Source: a candidate division CPR2 bacterium GW2011_GWC2_39_10 | GTDB taxonomy: Bacteria; Patescibacteriota; CPR2 | Length of the DNA stretch: 64,000 nucleotides | Assembly (NCBI GenBank): GCA_000993275.1 | Contig: LBVV01000006.1 | Location: 24 to 64,023 of the forward strand | Reading direction: 5' to 3' | Part shown: positions 9,689 through 19,378 of the stretch, piece after piece | How the letters are laid out: every line of letters starts with the position of its first letter | Position numbering within the stretch: position 1 is the first letter of the stretch | Translations under genes and position numbers: made by a program | Notes under the pieces: generated by a model | What the model was told of the DNA's origin: nothing | Seen by the model: the letters and a program-made list of their open reading frames with translations, nothing else | Database searches by the model: none

Positions 9689-10201
9689 TTAAGCATCTCT
9701 TGCTAAACCGATTTTAATAATAGAATCATGAAAAATTGTTTCCAGTGCCATAATACTTTCTTCAACTGTGGCATTTTTTAGTATTCTTAACGGTATTTCT
9801 AATGCATCAGCCATTTCCCGTGCTCGTTTATAAAGAATTTCTTGATGTAATATTATTTCTTCAATATTCTTGGCTCGATCTAATCTTGTTAGATCGTTAA
9901 ATCTTCTAAACAAAATCTCCTCTGGTTCTACATGCAACATCAAGAGGCCACAGGTATTTTCTTTTCTATATTTTTCAATTCTTATTGCATCCATTAAATT
10001 AAATTCTAAATGCTCATCAATCAATATTAAGGAATCATTCTTAGATAAAAAATGCCACCAATATTTATCTGCCTTATTGCCATATTCTTTTAATAAAGCG
10101 CTGTAAGAAAGATGCAATACTCCTTGGTTCCTAGAAATTGTCTCTTTTATCAGGGTGGTTTTACCCGAACCGGAAATTCCCAACACTTTAAGTGTTTTCA
10201 T
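9689..10201 (-). CDS. P-loop nucleoside-monophosphate kinase-like protein (archaeal AdkA-like)
   Basis: GISGSGKTT Walker A; IDEH; EILFRRFNDLTR lid-like motif. Confidence 0.7.
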   Translation of the reverse strand: MKTLKVLGISGSGKTTLIKETISRNQGVLHLSYSALLKEYGNKADKYWWHFLSKNDSLILIDEHLEFNLMDAIRIEKYRKENTCGLLMLHVEPEEILFRRFNDLTRLDRAKNIEEIILHQEILYKRAREMADALEIPLRILKNATVEESIMALETIFHDSIIKIGLARDA

Positions 10202-10241
10202 AAAAACGCTCCTTCAAAAACCGCTAGTGATGATTTAAAAA

Positions 10242-11333
10242 TTACGACTCTTGCTTATAAGAACATTTCGCTTTCTCTTCCCAAATTGATTCTAGCGCTT
10301 TGATTAGTATAGCCATAGATTTAATATTTTTTATTGTTACTCTTACGCAATTACTTTTAAGATGAAAATATTCTCCCGAAATAACCAAAATGCCTTTTTG
10401 CTTTAATGCTATTGCTAAATTAATTTGAAATTTAGCTTCAATAATTATCATACTACAACAAGTATCAGTCGCCATAAAAGAAATTGGTAAGTTATCCTTT
10501 AAGTAATTAATTGAAATTTTAAGTTCTTTTCTCTTTTTTTCAACTAAATTGACTTTCGCAAGTGCGACCTCTGCCAAATAAGCAGATATCACGGAAACTT
10601 CAAATGGTGAAATAATATTTTTTATTTTTTTTAATAAACATGGATTTCGCACAACAGCATATCCGATTCTCGCCCCAGCCAACCCATAAATTTTAGAAAA
10701 GGTTCTAATTTCGATGATATTTTTATTTTTATATGTAAAAACATCTTGGCTTTCGCAGTATTCTATTAGCGAATTATCTATAATAATTATGGCTTTTGTT
10801 AATGCCGCAATTTTCTCAATTTCCTTAATATCTAAAAGGTGCCCAGTCGGGTTATTAGGATTTGCTAAATATATTATTTTTGCATTCTTCCCATTAGCTT
10901 CTTTAATGATTTTATCAGTATCAATTTCATAGGGAAAATGGTTAAATTTAATGGAGTATATATTAGCCCTCGCAAGTTTAGCATAGAACGAATATCGGCC
11001 AAAGGTAGGCACCGGAACAATTACGCTATCTCCGGGACTAATAAATGCTTGGGAACAATTCTGTAATGCCTTGTCGGAACCAGCAGTAAGAATTATATTT
11101 TGCGGAAAAGTTTTGTGCTTTAATGAGAGTAATTTATGTAAAATTGTTTCTTGTGTGTAATAATACTCATTTATGTCATCCAAAGGAAGCTTCATGGGGT
11201 CAAGTAAAGACACATCTGATTCCCCGCTACTTAAATCAAGATACGAATTCTCTCTTATTCTAGAAGTGGCATACTCTTTATACTTTAGGCCTAACATAAC
11301 ATGCATTTTATAATTAAAACCCTTGACCGTCAA
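10242..11333 (-). CDS. HisC-like class I/II PLP aminotransferase (true start probably near 11295-11304)
   Basis: AGSDKAL, NPNNPTG, RTFSKIYGLAGARIGY. Confidence 0.88.
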   Translation of the reverse strand: MTVKGFNYKMHVMLGLKYKEYATSRIRENSYLDLSSGESDVSLLDPMKLPLDDINEYYYTQETILHKLLSLKHKTFPQNIILTAGSDKALQNCSQAFISPGDSVIVPVPTFGRYSFYAKLARANIYSIKFNHFPYEIDTDKIIKEANGKNAKIIYLANPNNPTGHLLDIKEIEKIAALTKAIIIIDNSLIEYCESQDVFTYKNKNIIEIRTFSKIYGLAGARIGYAVVRNPCLLKKIKNIISPFEVSVISAYLAEVALAKVNLVEKKRKELKISINYLKDNLPISFMATDTCCSMIIIEAKFQINLAIALKQKGILVISGEYFHLKSNCVRVTIKNIKSMAILIKALESIWEEKAKCSYKQES

Positions 11334-11397
11334 GGATCTTTATGCGATAATAGCCAAGATCTGTTTTACGCGTAGTTTAAAAAGGGTGGTGAAAAAA

Positions 11398-11869
11398 ATG
11401 AAAGCTGCTATAGACAAATGTACTTTATTAGAAAAAGCCCAAAAAGCCTTAAATGAAAAAGCGGAGCGATCAGATGAGATAGCTCAAGGATTTAGCAAAG
11501 ATGCCACAAAATGGCCATCAGCCAAAGAATCTCATAGCGATACTAATCGCTCTCAATTACAGCATATGTCGCTAGCTGCAAAAAAAATGGCTTTAGATAT
11601 ACAGCTTAACAGTGTAGGCGCAATTGACAACATGGTGAAAAACTTGCATGTTCCACATGAAATTATTGGTTTTGGCTCATTAGTCAGTCTTCAATATGAA
11701 GATGACGAGGAAATTATGATAGCATTTATAGTTCCTGGGAAAAACAGTACTGAAATTGAACGAACAAGCAGCACTTGCTAAAGCTATATTAGGAAAAAAA
11801 TGTGGTGATAAAGCTGTTATCAAGACAGGTCTTAGGGAATTAACCGTAAATATATTGGCGGTTGAATAG
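11398..11869 (+). pseudogene. GreA/GreB-family protein with a deletion/frameshift near 11761
   Basis: IGFGSLVSL...FIVPG in one frame, then ALAKAILGKKCGD...VNILAVE* in the +1 frame. Confidence 0.7.
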
Positions 11870-11878
11870 CTTACCAGC

Positions 11879-11906
11879 GAGGGGTTTTAAAAACCCCTCT
11901 TTTTTT
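11879..11906 (+). terminator. Intrinsic terminator
   Basis: GAGGGGTTT-taa-AAACCCCTC followed by a T-run. Confidence 0.75.
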
Positions 11907-11938
11907 AAAAAAATAATAAACTAACAAATTATAGAAAA

Positions 11939-12982
11939 ATGATTAATAAGTTTACGATACCCGCCCATTGGGATAAAAAAATAATAAAGGAAATCTTGGA
12001 TCATAGATCGGGGAAAGATCTAAAAAATGAGATCGACGAGATTTATGGAAGCCTACCGAAACCAATACTTGGACATGGCAGGACACCAAATTCTGTTGTC
12101 CAAATAACACAAAAGGAAGCATTGGATTTTAAAAAATATATATCCAAAAGAGGGATCGAATTTGCGTATTTATTAAATGGGCCAGCTAAAAAAAATATAA
12201 TCCATTCTAAAAAGTCAGATGAATATTTGGATTGGATTATGAATGAATTCAGAGCCGATTCATTGACAATTACATCCATAGAACTAATGAAAAGAGTAAG
12301 ACAATTAAATAATTCTATAAAAATTAATGTATCAACAATTGCGGGAATCAAAAATGTTACCGATCTAGTGAAATATTTGGAATTTGGAATATCAAAAATC
12401 ATACCGCACCACGATACCAATCGCAATTTTTCTGATTTGGAAATACTTCAAAAATTTTGCACAAAAGAAAAAATTGAAATTGAGTTATTGGCAACAGAGA
12501 GTTGCCTTAGAGAATGCCCCAACCGATGGAGACATTATTCTGCAATTGCCAATTTTAAAGATGATGCTTCTTTTCATATTAACTGTAATACTAAAAAAAT
12601 AAATCATCCATCAAATCTTCTAAAAGCGAACTTTATACGCCCGGAAGACCTCAAAATCTATAATAATATAGGAATTAATCGTTTTAAAATAACTGGTAGA
12701 TCTAAACCAAAAGAATGGATAACGGAAGTAATACAGGCCTATTTTGTGGAAGAATATAGTGGAAACTTAGTGAGACTACTTGGGATAAGTGTCCCTAAGT
12801 TTCCTATAATTTGGAATGAAATTTTTATATCTAATAAGTCCTTGAAGGGATTCCTAAAAAATTTTCCCGATAATTCTCAACAAGAAGAACGTTACTGCCT
12901 TAATTGGCTTGAACAATTATCAAAAAATGGTGATTTTAAGTTATCGGAAGAGATTATAAATGAATATACTAAAACAGAATAA
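11939..12982 (+). CDS. Peptidase U32 family protein (Fe-S hydroxylase-like)
   Basis: ESCLRECP Cys motif, FIRPEDL, FKITGR. Confidence 0.85.
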   Translation: MINKFTIPAHWDKKIIKEILDHRSGKDLKNEIDEIYGSLPKPILGHGRTPNSVVQITQKEALDFKKYISKRGIEFAYLLNGPAKKNIIHSKKSDEYLDWIMNEFRADSLTITSIELMKRVRQLNNSIKINVSTIAGIKNVTDLVKYLEFGISKIIPHHDTNRNFSDLEILQKFCTKEKIEIELLATESCLRECPNRWRHYSAIANFKDDASFHINCNTKKINHPSNLLKANFIRPEDLKIYNNIGINRFKITGRSKPKEWITEVIQAYFVEEYSGNLVRLLGISVPKFPIIWNEIFISNKSLKGFLKNFPDNSQQEERYCLNWLEQLSKNGDFKLSEEIINEYTKTE

Positions 12983-14060
12983 AGCACAATTTAAAAAAGA
13001 TTTTGAGCCTTTTAAAATCGGTACAATTTTTAATCCCTTAAAAAGAAGCTTTAATTGTAAGCCATTGCACAAAGAAGTTTTAATCAAATATCCGTTACGC
13101 CTAAATGCAATGGCCTTAGATCCGTCAAAAATAACTGAAAATAATAATCTTGTTTTTACCCCAGGAGAAATAGTTTTTAGCATCGCAAAATTTACAATAG
13201 TTAAACTAAAGTTAACATCAAAAGGAATAAGGATAAATTCAAAAATTGGTAGAGAGTCCATAATAAAACATTCTGCTTTAATAATGAAAAAAACCATGGG
13301 GTATAAAGGAGGGTTTTATATTGAAGCAGATTCAGAATTAGATATTGCACACATAGGTATCGGCTCAAGCGGTTCTCTTATGTGCGCTGTAATATCGGCA
13401 ATAAATGAGTTATTCGGCAAACCAATTTCGAAAAAAGAAATTATTCCATTTATTGCGCAAAATTATGGAGAAGATATTGATGGCTTGAATGATTGGCTAA
13501 ATCCTGTTCAATGCATAGGCGGCTCAGCATGTTCTGGCAATTACGATGCAGGAGTAATGGTAATAGCTGGACAGAGCCAGGTAATCTCATCCTTGAAAAT
13601 TGATCCAAAATATTCAATTATTATTGGCTTACCAAAAGATTACAAAACTTTAGATTCAAAAAAAGCTTTAGAGTTAGAGAAGAAAAATTTTCCATTATTT
13701 TTAAAAACAGGTCGAACTTATTCTAGAGAAATTGCCTACCGAATGATTCACGAAGTATTACCGTCATTATCAGATAATCGATTAGACATAATTGGTAATC
13801 TCATTTATGATTACCGTTACAAAATGGGAAGTATTAAAAACTGCTCTTTTTGTTACTCAAATTTAGAAAACTTGGCAGAAAATCTTTCGGCTATAAAGAA
13901 AATGGGTCTAGCGGAAATATTAAGCCTTTCTTCAGTTGGACCATCTTTTTTTGCGATTACGAAGAATCAGGCCGCCTGCAAGAGAATCTTTGAAGAAAAT
14001 GGATTAAAAGTTTGGACAACCAAACCGTATAATCGAAAATATAAGGCAAGTTATGAATAA
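12960..14060 (+). CDS. GHMP-kinase superfamily protein, beta-RFA-P synthase-like
   Basis: YPLRL N-terminal motif, HIGIGSSGS, SLSSVGPS. Confidence 0.75.
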   Translation: MNILKQNKAQFKKDFEPFKIGTIFNPLKRSFNCKPLHKEVLIKYPLRLNAMALDPSKITENNNLVFTPGEIVFSIAKFTIVKLKLTSKGIRINSKIGRESIIKHSALIMKKTMGYKGGFYIEADSELDIAHIGIGSSGSLMCAVISAINELFGKPISKKEIIPFIAQNYGEDIDGLNDWLNPVQCIGGSACSGNYDAGVMVIAGQSQVISSLKIDPKYSIIIGLPKDYKTLDSKKALELEKKNFPLFLKTGRTYSREIAYRMIHEVLPSLSDNRLDIIGNLIYDYRYKMGSIKNCSFCYSNLENLAENLSAIKKMGLAEILSLSSVGPSFFAITKNQAACKRIFEENGLKVWTTKPYNRKYKASYE

Positions 14061-14700
14061 TTATTGTTTCTGGGATGACATAGAAGTCATTAAATCTTTT
14101 GGAGAAGACACGCCCTCTGAAGAAGTAGTTGAATTCCTAAAAAATTTAAAAACGGTAAATAATACTAAAATTTTAGATTTAGGATTTGGCGGCGGACGCC
14201 ATACCGAGATAATTGCCAAAATGGGTTTTGACACATATGGCTGTGACCCTTGCGATGGAATGATTAACTACACCAAAAATCGGCTGAAGGAAAAGGGCTT
14301 GAAAGCAAAAATAATTAAAGCTAGAATGCAAAATTTACCTTATGAAGAGTCATTTTTTGATGCAGTTATAGCAAATGGAGTTTTTCATCAGGCGATTTCA
14401 TTAAACGATTTTATTAAATCAATTAAAGAAACTACCAGGGTATTAAAAAAAAATAGTTTTCTTTATGTAAATGTTTTCTTTTTAAATGAACACATATACA
14501 ATACATACTACTCGAAAGAAAAAGAAGTATATACTTTTTTTACAGAAAAAGGCTTAATGACAACCTTTTTGCCAAAAGATAAATTTCTAGAAATAATGAG
14601 AAATAATAATTTGGAATTAGAAAAAATTGTTAGTGAAAAAACCACCAAGGTAAGCACTGGTTACAGACCGACATTAAAAGCAATTTTTAAAAAAACTTAG
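14053..14700 (+). CDS. Class I SAM-dependent methyltransferase
   Basis: ILDLGFGGGRH; LPYEESFFDAV. Confidence 0.88.
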   Translation: MNNYCFWDDIEVIKSFGEDTPSEEVVEFLKNLKTVNNTKILDLGFGGGRHTEIIAKMGFDTYGCDPCDGMINYTKNRLKEKGLKAKIIKARMQNLPYEESFFDAVIANGVFHQAISLNDFIKSIKETTRVLKKNSFLYVNVFFLNEHIYNTYYSKEKEVYTFFTEKGLMTTFLPKDKFLEIMRNNNLELEKIVSEKTTKVSTGYRPTLKAIFKKT

Positions 14701-15278
14701 GAATTTTTCAATCTTTTCCCGTACCAAGAAGCAAAATCCTTAATAGCGTTTCCCCAAAATTGAGCCTCATAAAAAGGATCCTCCTCTCTTAACTCGCTCA
14801 ATGTTTTAATTTCCCCGTCTGGTATAAAAAATAAATCATGCCACCTGCCTCTTTTACCATGCTGCTTTAATGCAATTGTTCCATTGGAACCGCCAGAAAA
14901 AACAATTGGATCTTTTCCCGGCTCACAAAAAGCAAAGGTATGTTCAAGTCTGGCTTTCCGATTTTTTTCATTTCTTAAAAGTTTTAAAAATTTTTCGGCA
15001 CCAATTTGTTTATCAAAATAAGCGTTATAGGGACCCGGAAGACCACCCAAGCAATCGATATATAAACCCGTATCAGATTTTAATGTGTTGACACCTAGTT
15101 TATCAGCTGCATACTTTGCACTAAAAGTAACAACATCAACACAAGACTTTGCTTGAATTTCGATAATTTCAAAATCAGGATTAATAATATCAATATTAAA
15201 ACCATAATGCTCTACAAAAAATCGGTTTGCTTCTTCAACTTTATGAGGATTTGTTGTTAAATAAACTAATTTTTCCAT
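14697..15278 (-). CDS. HAM1/RdgB-family non-canonical purine NTP pyrophosphatase
   Basis: TTNPHKVEE, EIQ, DTGLYIDCLGGLPGPY; the C-terminal SHR motif is absent. Confidence 0.85.
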   Translation of the reverse strand: MEKLVYLTTNPHKVEEANRFFVEHYGFNIDIINPDFEIIEIQAKSCVDVVTFSAKYAADKLGVNTLKSDTGLYIDCLGGLPGPYNAYFDKQIGAEKFLKLLRNEKNRKARLEHTFAFCEPGKDPIVFSGGSNGTIALKQHGKRGRWHDLFFIPDGEIKTLSELREEDPFYEAQFWGNAIKDFASWYGKRLKNS

Positions 15279-15366
15279 AGAGAAATCCTACCACTTCTTC
15301 AGATGATAATCAAGACTCTGTTTGGGCTGAGTACATCGGTAACAACTTTTGTTGTTTAGTTAATGG

Positions 15367-15413
15367 GCGAAATGCACACACCCTGTGTGTACTAGGTAGA
15401 CACATCGGGAATA
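15367..15413 (+). repeat. RAYT-associated repeat copy
   Basis: 46/47 identical to 18924-18970. Confidence 0.92.
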
Positions 15414-15467
15414 TTTCATTTACACGATTGCTATAGCCACTTTCAAATTTTTTCCTTTTACTGCACC

Positions 15468-16028
15468 CTAACCATTGAGTAGCTTATTAAGATTAAATTT
15501 ATTCCAACTCTGTCTCAAGAAATTATCAAAATTATCGCTTTTATTGTATATAGCCGTAAATATTTCGGTTAATGTTTTGTTTTCTAGTTTTATTTCTTTC
15601 CAGCGATCATAAATATTGAATTCACTTTTGGCTATGTTCTTTATTCTGGGATTATTTCCTATAATAGCTACCAAAATTTCACTTAATGACCAAGCTGGAT
15701 CAGGAGACTCAAAGTTAGAATAATTATGTTTGGGAAAAAGATTTTGCCATTTTTTAAAATAAAGAAAGTGAATCATTTCATGGGTTGCCCAATTTAAAAG
15801 GATTGAATTGCTAAGTTTGTAAGGCAGAATCATTGATTTCGATTTTACAAATCGTGGAGCAATCGGACATGCCCCAATATAAATATTAATTTTATCATTT
15901 GAATCCCACCTCTCATCAACAACATTTTCAATTGCTATTGCTATCGCCTCAAGTTTTTTAAGATTTTCCTGCTTAAAATCTGTGAACACGATTATAAATT
16001 TGTACGATGAGCATAAGGTTTTAATCAA
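15468..16028 (-). CDS. Hypothetical HExxH protein, probably 5'-truncated
   Basis: THEMIH and WSLSE motifs; overlaps the next ORF head-to-head. Confidence 0.55.
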   Translation of the reverse strand: MIKTLCSSYKFIIVFTDFKQENLKKLEAIAIAIENVVDERWDSNDKINIYIGACPIAPRFVKSKSMILPYKLSNSILLNWATHEMIHFLYFKKWQNLFPKHNYSNFESPDPAWSLSEILVAIIGNNPRIKNIAKSEFNIYDRWKEIKLENKTLTEIFTAIYNKSDNFDNFLRQSWNKFNLNKLLNG

Positions 16029-16962
16029 GAATAGGGAGCAAAAGCTGGCTTTAGATTATGATAATCCATCATGGAAAGAAAAAGTCATCAATCTTTTTGA
16101 AAAAACAGATTTTGTCCAGGAATTTCACAAGAATAATGTGATATCGGCGATGAAAAATGTAAGAAGCGATTGGGGGTTCATACGAGAATCAGGCTGTGGA
16201 GCTCGATATAAAAAATGGATCATTGATCCCATGTTTGATAGCGAATTATTCACCGTTTATAACATATTTATTAAGCTTAAAAATAAATATCCTGATAAAT
16301 TAAATAATCCCGTGAATTTTTTTGCTGATCTGTTTAAGTCGTTGGAAACTGGAGATTCAAACAAAAATCATATCATAAAAGAATTTGTGAGTTGGTTGCC
16401 ATGCGATGTTTTCGTTTGTGAAGAACATTTAAAAAATTGGATCGTAAAAAGATTATATTCGGAAAAACTTCTTTTGAGTGACGAATACATAACGAGGAAG
16501 TATTTTATTACAGGTATGGGTCTGTTGTTCGGCAAGAGAATGTCGGCTTCTCGTGGGCATGCAATATTGGCGAAAGACTTGATAAACTCTTATGGACCTC
16601 TTAGGACTAGACTTATTATGCTATTGGCTGGAGGACATCCGTCAAAAATTTACCAATATGACACAAATTTGCCGCAACAAGCCGACAAGCTGTTAAAAAA
16701 AGTAACCAATTACACAACTTATCTGACTACCTTAACCGTTGACGAAAAGATCGAATCTGATGAAAATGATCTTCTTGGCCTGGAAATATTGGACAAAAAA
16801 ATAGAGAACTTGCTGAAGAGCGGCTATTATAGGCAGGTAATTTTAGAGTTGATTACCATTGTTCCAAAAAACTTTCGCAATCCAGACAGTAGGTCAGCCA
16901 TTAAGCTGTTGAATATTTACAAAAAATATTTTAATATATTGTTGCCTAGTTTAATATTGTAG
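15982..16962 (+). pseudogene. C-terminal part of a class I aminoacyl-tRNA synthetase-like protein (archaeal LeuRS-like), lacking the HIGH half
   Basis: WIIDPMFDS, EFVSWLPCD, KMSKS-like GKRMSASRGH, YGPLRTR. Confidence 0.65.
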
Positions 16963-16994
16963 ATTTTGAGCATTAACAAAAGGTGTAAATTAAT

Positions 16995-17600
16995 ATGAAA
17001 AAAAGAAATAGTAAATACGCATTGATTAGCGTTTATGATAAAAGGGGCGTGATTGAGCTTGCTGGTCAGTTAAAAAAATCAGGATATGGAATAATAGCCA
17101 CAGAAGGAACAGGGCGGGAGTTGATAAAGAAAAGAATCCCATTTATTCCATGCGGAGAAATATCCAAGAATCCCGATTGTTTTGATGGCCATATGAAAAC
17201 CATGAGTTTTTTTGTTGAATCGGGAATGCTTTTTGACAGGTCAAATGATACGCATGTCAAAGAAGCGAAAAAATTTGGCGTTAAACAGATAGATATTCTA
17301 ATCTGCAATTTCTTCCCAGTGAAGGAGGTGGTTAAACAATTAAAAAAAAGCGATATAACAGATATCGTGAGAAGTTTTGATTTTGGAGGACCGACAATGG
17401 TTAGGGTGGCAGCACAAAATTTCAAAAATGTAATAGTTGTTGTCGATCACAAAGATTACAAGAATGTATGTAATGCTATAATTTCAAAAAATATTACAGA
17501 CAAACTCAAATACGATTTGGCTCTCAAGGCTTTTAAATGTATTTCAGACTATGACAATCAGATTGTTAAGTATTTAGGCAAAAATATAAAGTCTCTTTAA
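16995..17600 (+). CDS. Stand-alone PurH N-terminal (IMP cyclohydrolase/MGS-like) domain
   Basis: ALISVYDK, ATEGT, GHMKT, DFGGPTMVRVAAQN; no transformylase domain. Confidence 0.85.
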   Translation: MKKRNSKYALISVYDKRGVIELAGQLKKSGYGIIATEGTGRELIKKRIPFIPCGEISKNPDCFDGHMKTMSFFVESGMLFDRSNDTHVKEAKKFGVKQIDILICNFFPVKEVVKQLKKSDITDIVRSFDFGGPTMVRVAAQNFKNVIVVVDHKDYKNVCNAIISKNITDKLKYDLALKAFKCISDYDNQIVKYLGKNIKSL

Positions 17601-17610
17601 ATAAAAAATA

Positions 17611-18096
17611 ATGAAAACATTAATATTATTAGAAGCTAAAAAAATCGCACTGGATATGTTTGAAAAAGTGGAACCGGTTGAGCATGGAGATTTTTTACGA
17701 ATCCATTCTGAAAAAGTCGGCAAAGTTGCTGTGATGATTGCGCGAATAATGCAACTAGACGATGAAATATTCGAAATCGCAGGATGGATTCACGACATAG
17801 GATATTCGGAAAATTTCGAAAATCATGCCGATTTTTCGATTTCTATTTTGGAAAGAATGGGGTATGAATTGAGCGACGTACTAAGTGACTGTGTTTCAAA
17901 TCATGGCAATGGGATGGATCCCAAAACGATTGAGGGAAAAATTTTTCAAGTGGCGGACAAGTTGAGTATTTTTGATATAGAAATAATTGGAAGCATGCTT
18001 AAAAATGGTAGTTTCCCATTAGAAGATGGTGATATCGATTTTTTGAAAATGATGTCTGAAAATGCATTAAAGTTAGTCAAAAATTTTTCAAAATGA
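17611..18096 (+). CDS. HD-domain phosphohydrolase
   Basis: HSEKV...WIHDIG...ADK. Confidence 0.82.
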   Translation: MKTLILLEAKKIALDMFEKVEPVEHGDFLRIHSEKVGKVAVMIARIMQLDDEIFEIAGWIHDIGYSENFENHADFSISILERMGYELSDVLSDCVSNHGNGMDPKTIEGKIFQVADKLSIFDIEIIGSMLKNGSFPLEDGDIDFLKMMSENALKLVKNFSK

Positions 18097-18128
18097 AAGT
18101 GTGAATCACATAAATTTCCAATGATAAT

Positions 18129-18227
18129 TTATTGGTTTTGGCTCATTAGTCAGTCTTCAATATGAAGATGACGAGGAAATTATGATAGCATTTATAGTTC
18201 CTGGGAAAAACAGTACTGAAATTGAAC
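18129..18227 (+). repeat. 99-bp exact duplication of the greA-like internal segment 11663-11761
   Basis: Direct comparison; the copy ends at a half repeat. Confidence 0.92.
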
Positions 18228-18245
18228 CGGTGTGTACTGGGTAGA
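18227..18245 (+). repeat. Half copy of the RAYT-associated repeat starting at the hairpin loop
   Basis: CCGGTGTGTAC-tgggta-GA. Confidence 0.8.
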
Positions 18246-18403
18246 TTAATCGCCCTTACCCCAATAGAGCTATGCCCTTCTCTATTTAAAAAAAGCAGCG
18301 TTGGAATTAATGTGTCCGAATTTCCAATTCTTAAAAGACGATTTTTCGTTCCGTCATAAAAACAAACGACAGTATTAGATGTTCCGAAATCGATTCCGTA
18401 CAT
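18246..18403 (-). pseudogene. N-terminal fragment of an Hsp70-family (YegD-like) gene
   Basis: YGIDFGTSNT...IPTLLF...IGVRAI, cut off at the half repeat. Confidence 0.8.
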
Positions 18404-18501
18404 AATCCAACCTATATATAACTTAAATATATTAGCAAAAAGTGTTAATATAAAAAAGCCATTTTTAAAAATAATATACTTTAAATTAAAAGGAGATAAC
18501 T

Positions 18502-18921
18502 ATGCAAGTAGGCGTAGCAACAAAAGCGGTAATATTTTATAACGACGATGTTCTTATTATAAATAAAAGTGATAAAGACGAAATCAACCCCAAAACAATG
18601 GATCTGCCTGGAGGAAGATTAGGATTTGGAGAACAAGTCATTGACGGTCTTGTAAGAGAAATTGAAGAAGAAACCAGTTTAAAGGAGGTTGAGGTCATTG
18701 GCCCAGCCAATACATGGAGTATTGTTAAGGGTGATCTTAATCTCGTTGGAATTACATTTGCCGTTAAGATAAAGAGGAAAAATGATGTTAATCTAAGCTT
18801 TGAGCACGAATCCTTTATCTGGTTGCCAATAGACAAAATTCTTAATGATAGCAATATGCCTGTATGGATAAAAGAAGAGGTATCGGCATCGGTAAAGTTA
18901 AAAAAAGCTTACAGTAAGTAA
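18502..18921 (+). CDS. NUDIX hydrolase
   Basis: PGGRLGFGE...VREIEEET Nudix box; AAGGAG RBS. Confidence 0.9.
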   Translation: MQVGVATKAVIFYNDDVLIINKSDKDEINPKTMDLPGGRLGFGEQVIDGLVREIEEETSLKEVEVIGPANTWSIVKGDLNLVGITFAVKIKRKNDVNLSFEHESFIWLPIDKILNDSNMPVWIKEEVSASVKLKKAYSK

Positions 18922-18923
18922 AA

Positions 18924-18970
18924 GCGAAATGCACACACCCGGTGTGTACTAGGTAGACACATCGGGAATA
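18924..18970 (+). repeat. RAYT-associated repeat copy
   Basis: GCACACACCCGGTGTGTAC-taggta-GACACATCGGGAATA, starting 3 bp after the NUDIX stop. Confidence 0.92.
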
Positions 18971-19003
18971 CTCTGCATGCACTTGGACGTAATGACGGCG
19001 ACT

Positions 19004-19378
19004 TTATTTCACTATCATCTTCTTTAATCTTAACGAAAATAGATAGGAGCCAAAAATAATCCAGCCAAAAAATAAAAACCAAAACCATAAAGGGATATTG
19101 CTGCCAAATAATATCACGTATATGTAAGGCGCAGCCCAAGCGATTCTATTAATTACTAATGCCCGAGAAAATTTTTTTTCAAAGAAAATATCGGAAATTT
19201 TACCTTTTTTTTCAACATAATATCTTTTTTTGAATCGAACTATTTCTGTGCCAATTGCTAGCCACCCCCAATAGTAAAAAGGAACAGAAAGAATCATTAA
19301 AAAAATAAATACCTTGGGATTAACATGGTAAGTATTAACTGCTAAGTCATTATAATTTTTTATTATATTTAAGTTCAT
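19004..19378 (-). CDS. Hypothetical membrane protein
   Basis: Three hydrophobic segments; overlaps the upstream gene stop. Confidence 0.65.
   Translation of the reverse strand: MNLNIIKNYNDLAVNTYHVNPKVFIFLMILSVPFYYWGWLAIGTEIVRFKKRYYVEKKGKISDIFFEKKFSRALVINRIAWAAPYIYVILFGSNIPLWFWFLFFGWIIFGSYLFSLRLKKMIVK

Noticed and set aside
9565-18970. Classical integron cassette array
   Set aside because: No tyrosine recombinase in the window, the repeats lack attC RYYYAAC/GTTRRRY ends, and blocks hold several genes in both orientations.
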